A DNA stretch of 23,976 nucleotides from Candidatus Iainarchaeum sp. (GTDB lineage: Archaea; Iainarchaeota; Iainarchaeia; Iainarchaeales; Iainarchaeaceae): positions 1 through 23,976 of the forward strand of contig JAWANB010000010.1 in the NCBI GenBank assembly GCA_038895675.1, in the 5' to 3' direction. Under the pieces are notes generated by a model. The model was not told the DNA's origin and made no database searches. It saw only the letters and a program-made list of their open reading frames with translations. A program made the position numbers and the translations under genes. Below, piece after piece: positions 1 through 8,846 of the stretch. How positions within the stretch are numbered: position 1 is the first letter of the stretch; every line of letters starts with the position of its first letter.

Positions 1-558
1 AGTAGCCTCAATTTTTGGTTTTTCTTTTTCCAAGTATTCCATTTTTTGGTTTATCACTGAAATTTTTTTAGATAAATTTGTTAATTGTAAATTAATGTCT
101 TCCAAGTTAGTTTCCAAGTCGTTTAGTTTGAACGTTTGAGCCTCTAATACCGAATAAACTTCATTTCCAAAGTTTTGATCTAATGGAATAATAGAAAAGA
201 CTGAAGCTGAATTGCTTTTTGAGTCAGAAATAATTGAGATAGTGTGTTCGCCTTGTGAAAATCCAGAGTGAACAGCGTACAACATTAGTCCTGCTGAGGA
301 ATTAGGGTCAAGGTCTACTGTCAAAGCCTTTATTATTGTGTGCCCATTTTTAGGATCTAAGACTACTGCGCCGTTAGGGTAAATGCTAATTACCATGTTT
401 TTGTCTACAAAAACTAAACTTTTTTCCCAAGTATCAACCGAGTCCAAGTATGCTGAAAAACTAAATGGCGTATTTGAAGGAACTACGCTTGGCGTGTTAA
501 TTGTTAGTGAATAAGTGAGTGGTAATAACAAAACTAACATGGCAAAAAATTTTATCAT
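1..558 (-). CDS. Secreted/surface hypothetical protein, N-terminal part (runs off the window start)
   Basis: Not in the ORF track; translated by hand. ATG at 558, frame open to base 1: MIKFFAMLVLLLPLTYSLTINTPSVVPSNTPFSFSAY...LNDLETNLEDINLQLTNLSKKISVINQKMEYLEKEKPKIEAT. Signal-peptide-like start, beta-rich middle, heptad coiled-coil-like end. TTTATAT box 21-27 nt upstream. Confidence 0.85.
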   Translation of the reverse strand, partial: MIKFFAMLVLLLPLTYSLTINTPSVVPSNTPFSFSAYLDSVDTWEKSLVFVDKNMVISIYPNGAVVLDPKNGHTIIKALTVDLDPNSSAGLMLYAVHSGFSQGEHTISIISDSKSNSASVFSIIPLDQNFGNEVYSVLEAQTFKLNDLETNLEDINLQLTNLSKKISVINQKMEYLEKEKPKIEAT

Positions 559-636
559 GTAAATAATATTGGTTTCAAATATAAAAACTTGATTCGAATG
601 CTTACTTTTATATTATTTCTTTTGTATGGTTTATTA
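559..636. promoter_or_regulatory. Divergent archaeal promoters (two TATA-like boxes)
   Basis: TTTATAT on - strand (579-585), 21-27 nt before ATG 558; TTTTATAT on + strand (606-613), 24-31 nt before ATG 637. The spacing fits leaderless transcripts. Confidence 0.55.
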
Positions 637-1587
637 ATGGTTGTTTGTGTAATTGCTTTGGTTGTTTTTGGTTTTTTAGGTATTTTTTCTGCTACTCATA
701 GGCAACTTGCAAAAGAGGCTTTTGATTGTGTTTTTAGGAAAATGACTTTTAGGCCTTGTAATACTGGGCTTGATAAAAGGTTGAGAGTTTTAACTTCTGT
801 CAAGATAATGAAGTTTAACAAGCCTTTGGGTTCTTTTGTCAATAAGCATTTTGAGTCTTTGTCTTTTTTGTTTACTTTGATTTTTGTTTTGAGTTTTGTT
901 TATGCTGCTTTGGGTTTGTACAATTTTTTTGTTTATGGGAATTGTAATGGGCAAGATTCTGTTGAGGCTTGTTTGTTGAAACCTGAGACTTATAATGGTG
1001 GCTTTTTTTCTTTTCTTTTCAAGAAGTCTCCTGAAAGTTTGAAGCCTGTGGCTTTTGGCAGTGAGCCTTGGCTTGGCAATGAAAATGCGTTGGTTAAAGT
1101 GGTTGAAGTTGGTTGTTTTTCTTGTCCTTTTACAAAGGCTACTGAGCCTATTGTTAGTGAAATTCTTGAAAAGTATGGTGATAGAATCCAATTTTATTTT
1201 AAGTCTTTGCCTTTGCCTTCTCACTCTTATTCTTTTGAGGCTTCTTTAGCTGCTGAGTGTGCTAACGAGCAGAACTCTTTTTGGAAGTATAAAGATGCTC
1301 TTTTTGCTAACCAAGAAGTTTGTGGTCAGACTCAAGACATTTCAGATTTAAGGAAACATTACTTTAGTTATGCTGAGTCAATAGGCCTTGATTTGAATGC
1401 TTTTGTTTCTTGTTTTGATTCTAAAAAGTACGCTAGTGTTGTTGAGAAGAATAAAAGAGAGGCTATTGAGGCGGGTGTTTATGCTACTCCTACTTTCTTT
1501 GTGAATGGCAAGCCTGTAGTTGCTCCTAAGTCGTTTGATGATATTGCTGTTTTGATTGAGGAAGAGCTTGCAAAGCAAAATTCTTGA
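637..1587 (+). CDS. Membrane-anchored DsbA/thioredoxin-fold protein with a Cys-containing N-terminal membrane domain
   Basis: C-terminal domain has the DsbA-like pattern G-x3-A-x-V-x-VVE, CPF, FYFKSLPLPSH, AAECANEQ...FWKY, and the cis-Pro loop GVYATPTFFVNG. Two hydrophobic N-terminal segments. Start moved from 589 (TTG) to ATG 637 based on TATA spacing. Confidence 0.8.
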   Translation: MVVCVIALVVFGFLGIFSATHRQLAKEAFDCVFRKMTFRPCNTGLDKRLRVLTSVKIMKFNKPLGSFVNKHFESLSFLFTLIFVLSFVYAALGLYNFFVYGNCNGQDSVEACLLKPETYNGGFFSFLFKKSPESLKPVAFGSEPWLGNENALVKVVEVGCFSCPFTKATEPIVSEILEKYGDRIQFYFKSLPLPSHSYSFEASLAAECANEQNSFWKYKDALFANQEVCGQTQDISDLRKHYFSYAESIGLDLNAFVSCFDSKKYASVVEKNKREAIEAGVYATPTFFVNGKPVVAPKSFDDIAVLIEEELAKQNS

Positions 1588-1648
1588 TTTTTTTTAATTT
1601 TTTGTTTTCTTTTTGCTGATTATTTTTTTTAGTCGTTTTTTGCTTTTA

Positions 1649-1864
1649 TTAAACTCGTTTTTGTAGCAGGTTTTTTTTCTTTGTCGTGGTTTTTTCAAAT
1701 GCTATGTCATAAACAGCTATTAGGTAAAGTATTGACATTATCAAAAGCAAGTATGGTTTTGTTTCTATAATTTTTCCGTTAATGAAATTTATGAAATACA
1801 TGGTTATTCCTATGCAAAGTAGTATTAGCCCTATTGTTGATGGTGTAATGCCTTTTGTTTTCAT
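1649..1864 (-). CDS. Small two-TM membrane protein (71 aa)
   Basis: ATG start, two hydrophobic helices, basic tail; fills the gap between larger genes; A-ending codons like other - strand genes. Confidence 0.7.
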   Translation of the reverse strand: MKTKGITPSTIGLILLCIGITMYFINFINGKIIETKPYLLLIMSILYLIAVYDIAFEKTTTKKKNLLQKRV

Positions 1865-1926
1865 TATAAATAAAGGCGTTAGTCAGGTATTTATTTTTAA
1901 TTGAATATTGGAATTATTGTTTTTTT

Positions 1927-3480
1927 ATGAACGACTTTGTTTTGTCTGTTGATAATATTTCTGACTTTAAAGAAGATTTTCAAAAGCACTTGTCATTTTT
2001 TGCCGAAAAAAATAACGTGCCTTACTTTGATGCTCGCCTTTCAATTTCAAATTTTTTAGGTGCAGAAGCTTTGAATGGTAATTCAAAGTCTGCTGTTCAA
2101 GATTATTTTGCCGACGTTGGTGTTAGGGTTTTTTATGGCAAGTCTTTCGGCATGGGTTTTGCTGGAACTACTTTGTCAAAAAGTGATTTTTCTAACTTCA
2201 AGCTTGTTTGTGAGGCTCTTTTTGGAAAAGCTCTTGGTCTTGCGAAAGCTAATTCTTTTGAGAAAGAGCGTTTTTTAGGTGTTAATTCTGTTTTTTCTGA
2301 GTCTTTTAGTAGGTTAAAGCAAAAAAAAGTAGAGTGGAAAAGGGCGTTCAAAAAAAGCCCGTTGGATGCTAATTGTGAAGATTTTGTAAAAGATTCTGAG
2401 AGAATTTCTTCCGAATTGAAAAAAATTGAGGGTGTTGCTTCTAACGTTGTCTCTATTTTTGCTTGTTTAGAAAGAAAAGTTTTTGTTAATAGCCTTGGCT
2501 CTATCGTTGACCAAACTTTGCCTATAACAGAGCCTTCTGTTTTTGTTGCGGCAAAGGGGAAGTCTTTAGAGTCTTATCATGAATGGTTGAGTGACTCTAA
2601 AGGTCTTGAGGCTTTGGATGGGAATAATTCTCATTCTATGTCTTTTGATGACTTTTGTGTTTTTGTTGCTAAAGGTGTGGTTGACTTGTCTAATGCTCCT
2701 GCAGTTCCTAATGTTCAGAATGCTGTTGTTGTTTCTGATCCTTGGTTTAATACTCTTTTATGTCATGAAATTTGTGGGCATCCGAGTGAGGCTGATAGGG
2801 CTTTAAAGCGAGAAACTGCTTGGGCTGGGAGAGCTTGGTGGTTCAGGAATTTTGATGATAATGAGATAGAAAAAAGAGTTGGTTCTGAAGAAATGAGTGT
2901 TGTTTCTGACCCAACTTTGGAAGGTTATGGGAATTATTTGTATGATGATGAAGGTATTCTTGCTTCTAAAGTTGTTAATGTTGAAAAAGGTATTTTAAAA
3001 GGTTTTATGAATTCTAATGAAACTAGTTTTTTATTGGGTGAAAAGCCTAATGGACATATGAGAGCCAGTTCTTCTTCAATGGTTCCTTTGGTTAGGATGA
3101 GTAATACTTTTTTTGATAAAGGAAGTTGGAAGGCTAATGAGTTAATTGAGGAGACAAGAAATGGTTTTTATGTTTCTGGTCAAAAAATTCCTTCTATTGG
3201 TGAGAGTAGGCAGAACTTTAATATTAGTTGTTGGAAAATATTTGAAATAAAGAATGGCGAAATAACAAGGCTTTATAGGAAAGGAAGTGTTGAAGGCAAT
3301 TCTTTTGATGTTTTTATGACTATTGAGGCTGCTGATGATTTAAAGCTTTATAACGTGCCTAATTGTGGTAAAGGTACGCCAATGCAAACGATGAGAGTAG
3401 GCAATGGCGGTCCTCATTTGCGTTTTAGAGCTAACGTTGGCTCTTTTTCTGATGATATTCATAGTGATCATAAATGTTAG
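1927..3480 (+). CDS. tldD: TldD metalloprotease (catalytic subunit)
   Basis: HExxGHxxExD motif (CHEICGHPSEAD), DPT...G.Y.YDDEG, PLVRMSNTF, C-terminal CGKG...Q...VGNGGPH carrying the metal-ligand Cys. Confidence 0.93.
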   Translation: MNDFVLSVDNISDFKEDFQKHLSFFAEKNNVPYFDARLSISNFLGAEALNGNSKSAVQDYFADVGVRVFYGKSFGMGFAGTTLSKSDFSNFKLVCEALFGKALGLAKANSFEKERFLGVNSVFSESFSRLKQKKVEWKRAFKKSPLDANCEDFVKDSERISSELKKIEGVASNVVSIFACLERKVFVNSLGSIVDQTLPITEPSVFVAAKGKSLESYHEWLSDSKGLEALDGNNSHSMSFDDFCVFVAKGVVDLSNAPAVPNVQNAVVVSDPWFNTLLCHEICGHPSEADRALKRETAWAGRAWWFRNFDDNEIEKRVGSEEMSVVSDPTLEGYGNYLYDDEGILASKVVNVEKGILKGFMNSNETSFLLGEKPNGHMRASSSSMVPLVRMSNTFFDKGSWKANELIEETRNGFYVSGQKIPSIGESRQNFNISCWKIFEIKNGEITRLYRKGSVEGNSFDVFMTIEAADDLKLYNVPNCGKGTPMQTMRVGNGGPHLRFRANVGSFSDDIHSDHKC

Positions 3481-4895
3481 AAGAAAAACTTGATAGTGTC
3501 GTAGATGATTTGCTAAACTTTGTTTTAAAAAAGCCTAACGTCCGACAAGCAGAAGCTTTTGCTTCAATTTCTTTTGCGTCAATTTTTAGGATTGCTTACC
3601 ATTCAAAAATAGCGAGCAATGGTGTTGAAGAAGCGAAATTGCTTGAGTCAAAAGGAATAAGTTTAAGGGTTCTTTTTGATGATGGCTCTTATGGTTTTGG
3701 GTCATGCGATAATGGTTTTAGTAGGCATGAATTTGAAGAGGCTTATCAAAAAGCTTTGAAAAGTAAAGTAAAAGACCTTGATTTTCATTCTTTGCCTGAG
3801 CCAAAAGGCAAAAGTAAATTTAAGCCTTTGATAGACAGTAAAATTAAAAAGTTTGATGCGCAAGCCATGGCTAAAAATGCTTGGTCTGTTTTGGATGGTG
3901 CTATTGAAGAAGCAAAGCATGAAAGCATGTTTAACATTACTGGAGAATTGGATACTTTTTTTTCATCTTTTTGTGTTATGAATAGTAATGGTATAAAAGC
4001 CAAAGAGCAAAACACTGGTTTTGATTGTAGCATTACTTCTAATATTGAATCAGAAAGCGTTAGTTCTGGCACTTCGTTTGCTTCAGGAAATTCTTTTGAA
4101 AACTTTAATATAAGGAAAATAGGTGCTGAATCAATGCAAAAGGCTTTGGCTTCAAAAAATCCAAAACATGTTGAATCAGGAAAACATAAAGTGTTGCTTA
4201 GTGAATTAGTTGTTGCAGAGTTGTTTAACAGCAGGTTTGATGTGTATTTGTCTTCATTAGATTTAGGAGTAAGTCCTTTTTCTGACTTGGTTGATAAAAA
4301 AGTGGCTTCGGAGAACTTTAGTGTTTTAGATGACCCTTTTTATGTTGACTCTTACAATTCTACAGGTTTAACTGATGAAGGCAATCCTTCTGGAAGGGTT
4401 GAAATAATTAAGAATGGTGTTTTTCAAAACTTTTTATCAAATGATTATTTTTTCAAAAAAAGGAAAGAATACGAAAAGTTTCAACCTTTGAATGGTTATA
4501 GAACTAATAGGTCATATTCTTCTGAAGTTTCTATAATGGGCCGTAATTTTGTTGTTTCTAAAGGAGATTTTAGTGAAGAAGAACTATTAAAAGAAGTGAA
4601 TAATGGGATTTACATTGGAAGAATTTGGTATACTTATCCTATTAATGGTTCAACGAGCTTTGATTATTCTTCTACTATAAGAAGTGATTCTTTCATTATT
4701 GAGAATGGTGAAATTTCTTGTGCTTTGCTTCCTAATAGCGTTAGAATAATTGATAGTTTTTCTAATTTCATGAAAAACATAGTTGCTTTAGGAAAAAATC
4801 TAAGACAAGCTCATTCTTGGGCTCAAGATGAGTTGGTCATAACTCCTAAAATTTGTTTGAATGAAATGAATTTAAAGAGAATTAGGAATATATAA
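3474..4895 (+). CDS. pmbA: TldE/PmbA family protein (non-catalytic partner)
   Basis: Overlaps the tldD stop; GISLRV, DDP...TDEGNPS...II.NGVF..FL, IENGEI motifs; no HExxxH. Confidence 0.88.
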   Translation: MLEEKLDSVVDDLLNFVLKKPNVRQAEAFASISFASIFRIAYHSKIASNGVEEAKLLESKGISLRVLFDDGSYGFGSCDNGFSRHEFEEAYQKALKSKVKDLDFHSLPEPKGKSKFKPLIDSKIKKFDAQAMAKNAWSVLDGAIEEAKHESMFNITGELDTFFSSFCVMNSNGIKAKEQNTGFDCSITSNIESESVSSGTSFASGNSFENFNIRKIGAESMQKALASKNPKHVESGKHKVLLSELVVAELFNSRFDVYLSSLDLGVSPFSDLVDKKVASENFSVLDDPFYVDSYNSTGLTDEGNPSGRVEIIKNGVFQNFLSNDYFFKKRKEYEKFQPLNGYRTNRSYSSEVSIMGRNFVVSKGDFSEEELLKEVNNGIYIGRIWYTYPINGSTSFDYSSTIRSDSFIIENGEISCALLPNSVRIIDSFSNFMKNIVALGKNLRQAHSWAQDELVITPKICLNEMNLKRIRNI

Positions 4896-4900
4896 TTCTG

Positions 4901-5569
4901 ATGGCTAATCTTGGTGTGTTATTAGATAAGTTTGATGATGAAATAAAACGTTTGTATGAAAATTTTAAAAATCCAAATTTTAATAGGCATGCTGGCGTTT
5001 TAAGTTTATTAGATAAATTATTTGATTTTGCAAGCAAAAATAAAGGTGTTGTTTCTCTTTCTGAAATTCATTACATAGCTTCTTTGGTTAACCCGACAGT
5101 ATATTCACGAGAAAGAATAAAACAATTTGCGGTTGAATATGCAAAAAAAAATAATGTTTCTTTTGAATTTCCAAGGTTAGCTCCTACTGATGTTCAAAAA
5201 GAGTATTTGGAATTAGCGATAAGAGAGTATTTGAAAAACCTTATTGCAAGGAATGAGGAGGCTAAAATGAAAGGTCAGTTTGCTAAAAATCATGTAGTAG
5301 TTGATAGAGAGTTGCGTTTTGTAAATGAAATTCTGTGGAATAAACTAAGAATGCATAATGAAAAGTTAGGCCCTAATACCGCATTTGAAATTTTTAATAA
5401 GGTTAATAATTCTTTGGGAAATCTTTTGCATATTTTTCCTGACTCTAGATCTGCGTCAAATTTTTTAGGTAGTGCTCTAAACTTGTCTCCTGGAAGTAAA
5501 CGTGTTGTTAGAAGGACTTGGGGAAAACAGCAACATTATCCTGGTAAAGGCAGATATCGTAGAATTTAA
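4901..5569 (+). CDS. Hypothetical protein (222 aa, basic C-terminal tail)
   Basis: Long ATG-initiated ORF 5 nt after the tldE stop; no motif I recognise. Confidence 0.7.
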   Translation: MANLGVLLDKFDDEIKRLYENFKNPNFNRHAGVLSLLDKLFDFASKNKGVVSLSEIHYIASLVNPTVYSRERIKQFAVEYAKKNNVSFEFPRLAPTDVQKEYLELAIREYLKNLIARNEEAKMKGQFAKNHVVVDRELRFVNEILWNKLRMHNEKLGPNTAFEIFNKVNNSLGNLLHIFPDSRSASNFLGSALNLSPGSKRVVRRTWGKQQHYPGKGRYRRI

Positions 5570-5589
5570 TATTATAAATTTTTAATGAC

Positions 5590-5710
5590 GCTCTGTAGAA
5601 ATGATTTAAAAACAAACAAAAACAACGACTAAAAAACGACTAACAAGCACAAAGTCCTGAAAAAGACTTTCAAAAAACGACTTTAAAATACAGCATAATT
5701 TCTACAAAGC
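5590..5710. repeat. Intergenic element bounded by 16-nt imperfect inverted repeats, with internal AACGACT repeats (MITE-like or structured RNA)
   Basis: GCTCTGTAGAAATGAT (5590-5605) versus ATAATTTCTACAAAGC (5695-5710): 14/16 complementary. AACGACT occurs three times; internal hairpin AAAGTC-N8-GACTTT (5651-5670). Confidence 0.6.
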
Positions 5711-5727
5711 ATTTTAATGCCGTAATT

Positions 5728-6468
5728 TTATTTTTTCAGGTAATTGTATGCGTTTCTAAATATTTCTATTCCTCTTTGTTCTTCTTTTGTGCTGAAATCA
5801 TAATTTGGTGAATTTATTTTTAGCAAGTGTCTTTCTGGGTGTGGCATTAATCCCAATACTCTGCCTGTTTCGTCGCATATTCCTGCTATTGAGTCTATTG
5901 AGCCGTTAGGGTTATTTTCGTATTTGAACACTACTTGTTTTTTTTCGTAAAGTTTTTCCAAGACTTTTTTGTCTTTTACTATGAATTGTCCTTCTCCGTG
6001 TGCTATTGGCAAGTTTATTTCTTCTTCCATTTCTTTGGTAAAAACACATTTTGAGTCTTGTTTTTTTAGTTTCACCCATTTGCATTGAAAGCCAAATGGC
6101 TTGTTTAGTGTTAGTGATACTAATTGTTGTTTGTAATTATTTTCAAAGCCTGGTAATATTCCTGCTTTTACCATTACTTGAAAGCCGTTGCAAATTCCTA
6201 TCATGAGGTTGCCTGATTTAATAAATTCTGGTATTGTGTTTTCGAGGTTGTAAATTAGTTTGTTTGCGAAAACTTTTCCTGAGCCTAAGTAATCGCCAGC
6301 GCTAAATCCTCCTGGAATAGCCAATAATCTTGCGTCTTTGAGACTTTTTTTTCTTTGTATTAGTTCATTGACATGGGTGTCTTCTACTTGGAATCCAACT
6401 TGTTTTAATGCAAAGGTTGTTTCGTAGTCGCAGTTAGTTCCTGGTGCTCTTAAGACTATTGCTTTCAT
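5728..6468 (-). CDS. purQ: FGAM synthase glutaminase subunit PurQ
   Basis: PGTNCD, PGGFSAGDYL, GICNGFQ (catalytic Cys), PIAHGEG, NPNGS, MPHPER (His/Glu). Start placed at ATG 6468, just after the purL stop and a GGTGG SD-like sequence. Confidence 0.96.
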   Translation of the reverse strand: MKAIVLRAPGTNCDYETTFALKQVGFQVEDTHVNELIQRKKSLKDARLLAIPGGFSAGDYLGSGKVFANKLIYNLENTIPEFIKSGNLMIGICNGFQVMVKAGILPGFENNYKQQLVSLTLNKPFGFQCKWVKLKKQDSKCVFTKEMEEEINLPIAHGEGQFIVKDKKVLEKLYEKKQVVFKYENNPNGSIDSIAGICDETGRVLGLMPHPERHLLKINSPNYDFSTKEEQRGIEIFRNAYNYLKK

Positions 6469-6470
6469 TT

Positions 6471-8846
6471 TTACCACCATAGTGTTTTTTTCCAAGCTTT
6501 TTTTAGTTCTTCTGTGCTGACTTCTATTATTTTGTTTTCTTTAATGCCATAAACTTCAACTTTTGGTTCTTTTATTGTTTGTCCTATTTCTGCTTTTGGT
6601 ATTTCTTTTGTTTTTTCTTCGAATTTTTGTTTTTTTGTTGTTGAGACTTCTACTATGAATCTTGTGTTTGACTCTGAAAATAATATTATGTCATTTCTTT
6701 CTATTTTTTCTCCTGTTGGAACTTTTGAAAGGTTTATTTTACAACCAATGTTTGATGCTATACTCATTTCGGCTATTGTTGTTATTAGGCCTCCTTCACT
6801 ACAGTCGTGGCAGGCCATTATTGTTTTATCTTCTGATTCTTGTTCTGTCATTATTTTGCTTATTGTCGTAAAAATTTTTTTTGCTGTTTCAAAATCTACT
6901 TTTGGTACTTTGCCTTTTTTTTCTTTCATTAGTTTTGAGTATTGGCTTCCTCCTAACTCTGAAAAAGTCAGTCCTATTACATAAATTGAGTTGTCTGGTT
7001 TTTTGAATGGCATGCTTATTTTTTTTCTTGAGTCTTCTATTATTCCTATTGAAGAAATAAGTAGTGTTCCTGGTATTTCTATTGTTTTTTTTCTTGTTTT
7101 GTATTCGTTGTATAAGCTGTCTTTCCCTGATATAAATGGTAAGTTAAGGTTTTTGCAATAGTCTGCACAGCCTAAGCAAGCTCTTACTAATTCTCCTAAG
7201 ACTTTTTCTTTTTTTGGGTTTCCCCAGCAAAAATTGTCTAACAAAGCTATTTTTTCAAAATTGGCTCCTACTGCTATAGCGTTTCTTATTGCTTCATCTA
7301 TGCTTGAGCATGCCATCCAATATGGGTCAAAGTCTGAATAATTAGGGTTTATTCCGTTTGCTACTACTATTCCTTTTTTTTCTCCTATAATTGGCGTTAT
7401 TATTCCTGCGTCTGCAGGTCCGTCATTGTTTGGTCCTACAAATGGTTTTCCTATTGTGCAGCCTCTTACTTCGTGGTCATAGCTTCTTACTGTTTTTTCT
7501 TTGCTTGCTATGTTTGGCATTGCAAGAACATTTAACAAGATTTTTTGCAAGTTTTTTGGTTCTTTCATGCTTATTTCTTTTTCTTTTTTTTGTAACCATT
7601 TTGCTTTCATTACTTTTTTTGGCAATCCGTTGTGTAAAAATTCCATTTCCAAGTTACCTATTATTTTGTTTTCGTAGTATAATTCTAATTTTTTTGTGTT
7701 AGTGAATTCTCCTATTATTGTTGCTTCTGTGCCTTCTATTTCGCATATTTCTTTTAGTTTTTCAAAATTTTGTTTTGGCACTGAGAGTATCATTCTTTCT
7801 TGAGATTCACTAATCCAAATTTCCCATGGCTTTAATCCTTTGTGTTTTAGTGGGGCTTTTTCTAAAAACACTTTTGCTCCTGTTTTTGCTCCCATTTCGC
7901 CTATTGCTGAAGAAAATCCTCCTGCGCCACAATCGGTTATTGCATTATATAACCCTAAGTCTCTTGCTCTTATTATTGCTTCTATCATTTTTTTTTCTTC
8001 TATTGCGTTCCCTATTTGGACTGCGCTTGATTCGGAGTTTTCTTTTAGAGTCGTTGAAGAAAAGGTTGCGCCATGAATTCCGTCTTTGCCTGTTCTTCCC
8101 CCTATTACTACTATTAGGTCTCCTGGTTTTGCTTCTTTTTTTTCTTTTCCTTTTGGTATTATTCCTATGGTTCCGCAATAAACTAAGGGGTTAGCCAAGT
8201 ATCTTTCTTCAAAAACTATTGCGCCATTTATTATTGGTACTCCTGTCTGGTTTCCATAGTCGGCTACGCCTTTTCTTACTCCTTTAAATATTCTTTTTGG
8301 ATGTAATATTCCTTTTGGCACTTTTTTTGTGGATGGGGGTGCAAAACAAAAAACGTCAGTGTTTGCTATTGGTCTTGCTCCTAATCCTGCTCCTAATATG
8401 TCTCGCATTACTCCGCCTACGCCTGTGTTTGCGCCGCCATAAGGGTCTAAGGCTGACGGGTGATTATGTGTTTCGCATTTCATTGCTATGTTATTGCTTT
8501 CGTCAAAGGCTATTATGCCTGCGTTGTCTGAAAATGTAGAGACTAACCAATTTTTGTTGGTTTTTTGTGAAGGTTCTTTTATGAATGTTTTGAACATGCT
8601 ATTTATTTCTGTTTTTTTGTTGTTTTCTTCGTAAATTATTTTTGCATTAAAGGTTTTGTGTTTGCAGTGTTCACTCCATGTTTGTGCTATTGTTTCTATT
8701 TCTATTATTGTTGGGTTACGATTTATTGTAGAGTAATAATTTTGTATGGTTTTCATTTCTTCTAAGTCTAAAGAGAGTAGCATTTTTTCACTTAACTCTA
8801 CAAGCTCTTTTTCTGAAAGCCCCAATATTTTTATTTCATCATTCAT
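6471..8846 (-). CDS. purL: FGAM synthase subunit PurL (small type)
   Basis: QTWSEHCKHK, ETHNHPSALDPYGGANTGVGG, DGIHGATFSS, DCGAGG, SESQERM, ISGKDSLYN, HDCSEGG. Confidence 0.97.
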   Translation of the reverse strand: MNDEIKILGLSEKELVELSEKMLLSLDLEEMKTIQNYYSTINRNPTIIEIETIAQTWSEHCKHKTFNAKIIYEENNKKTEINSMFKTFIKEPSQKTNKNWLVSTFSDNAGIIAFDESNNIAMKCETHNHPSALDPYGGANTGVGGVMRDILGAGLGARPIANTDVFCFAPPSTKKVPKGILHPKRIFKGVRKGVADYGNQTGVPIINGAIVFEERYLANPLVYCGTIGIIPKGKEKKEAKPGDLIVVIGGRTGKDGIHGATFSSTTLKENSESSAVQIGNAIEEKKMIEAIIRARDLGLYNAITDCGAGGFSSAIGEMGAKTGAKVFLEKAPLKHKGLKPWEIWISESQERMILSVPKQNFEKLKEICEIEGTEATIIGEFTNTKKLELYYENKIIGNLEMEFLHNGLPKKVMKAKWLQKKEKEISMKEPKNLQKILLNVLAMPNIASKEKTVRSYDHEVRGCTIGKPFVGPNNDGPADAGIITPIIGEKKGIVVANGINPNYSDFDPYWMACSSIDEAIRNAIAVGANFEKIALLDNFCWGNPKKEKVLGELVRACLGCADYCKNLNLPFISGKDSLYNEYKTRKKTIEIPGTLLISSIGIIEDSRKKISMPFKKPDNSIYVIGLTFSELGGSQYSKLMKEKKGKVPKVDFETAKKIFTTISKIMTEQESEDKTIMACHDCSEGGLITTIAEMSIASNIGCKINLSKVPTGEKIERNDIILFSESNTRFIVEVSTTKKQKFEEKTKEIPKAEIGQTIKEPKVEVYGIKENKIIEVSTEELKKAWKKTLWW

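Noticed and set aside
790..1224. 144-aa basic ORF antisense to the DsbA-like gene
   Set aside because: Its K/R/Q/T-rich composition is the mirror of T-rich sense codons; no promoter or motif support.
5697..5705. AATTTCTAC resembles the start of the Cas12a repeat
   Set aside because: Single occurrence, paired with a distant inverted copy; no repeat-spacer array and no cas gene in the window.
6655..8539. Several + strand ORFs antisense to purL, and similar shadow ORFs over tldDE, lhr, DHH, nadA, sufS and atpI
   Set aside because: They lie within well-supported genes, have no motifs, and are expected from the skewed codon usage.
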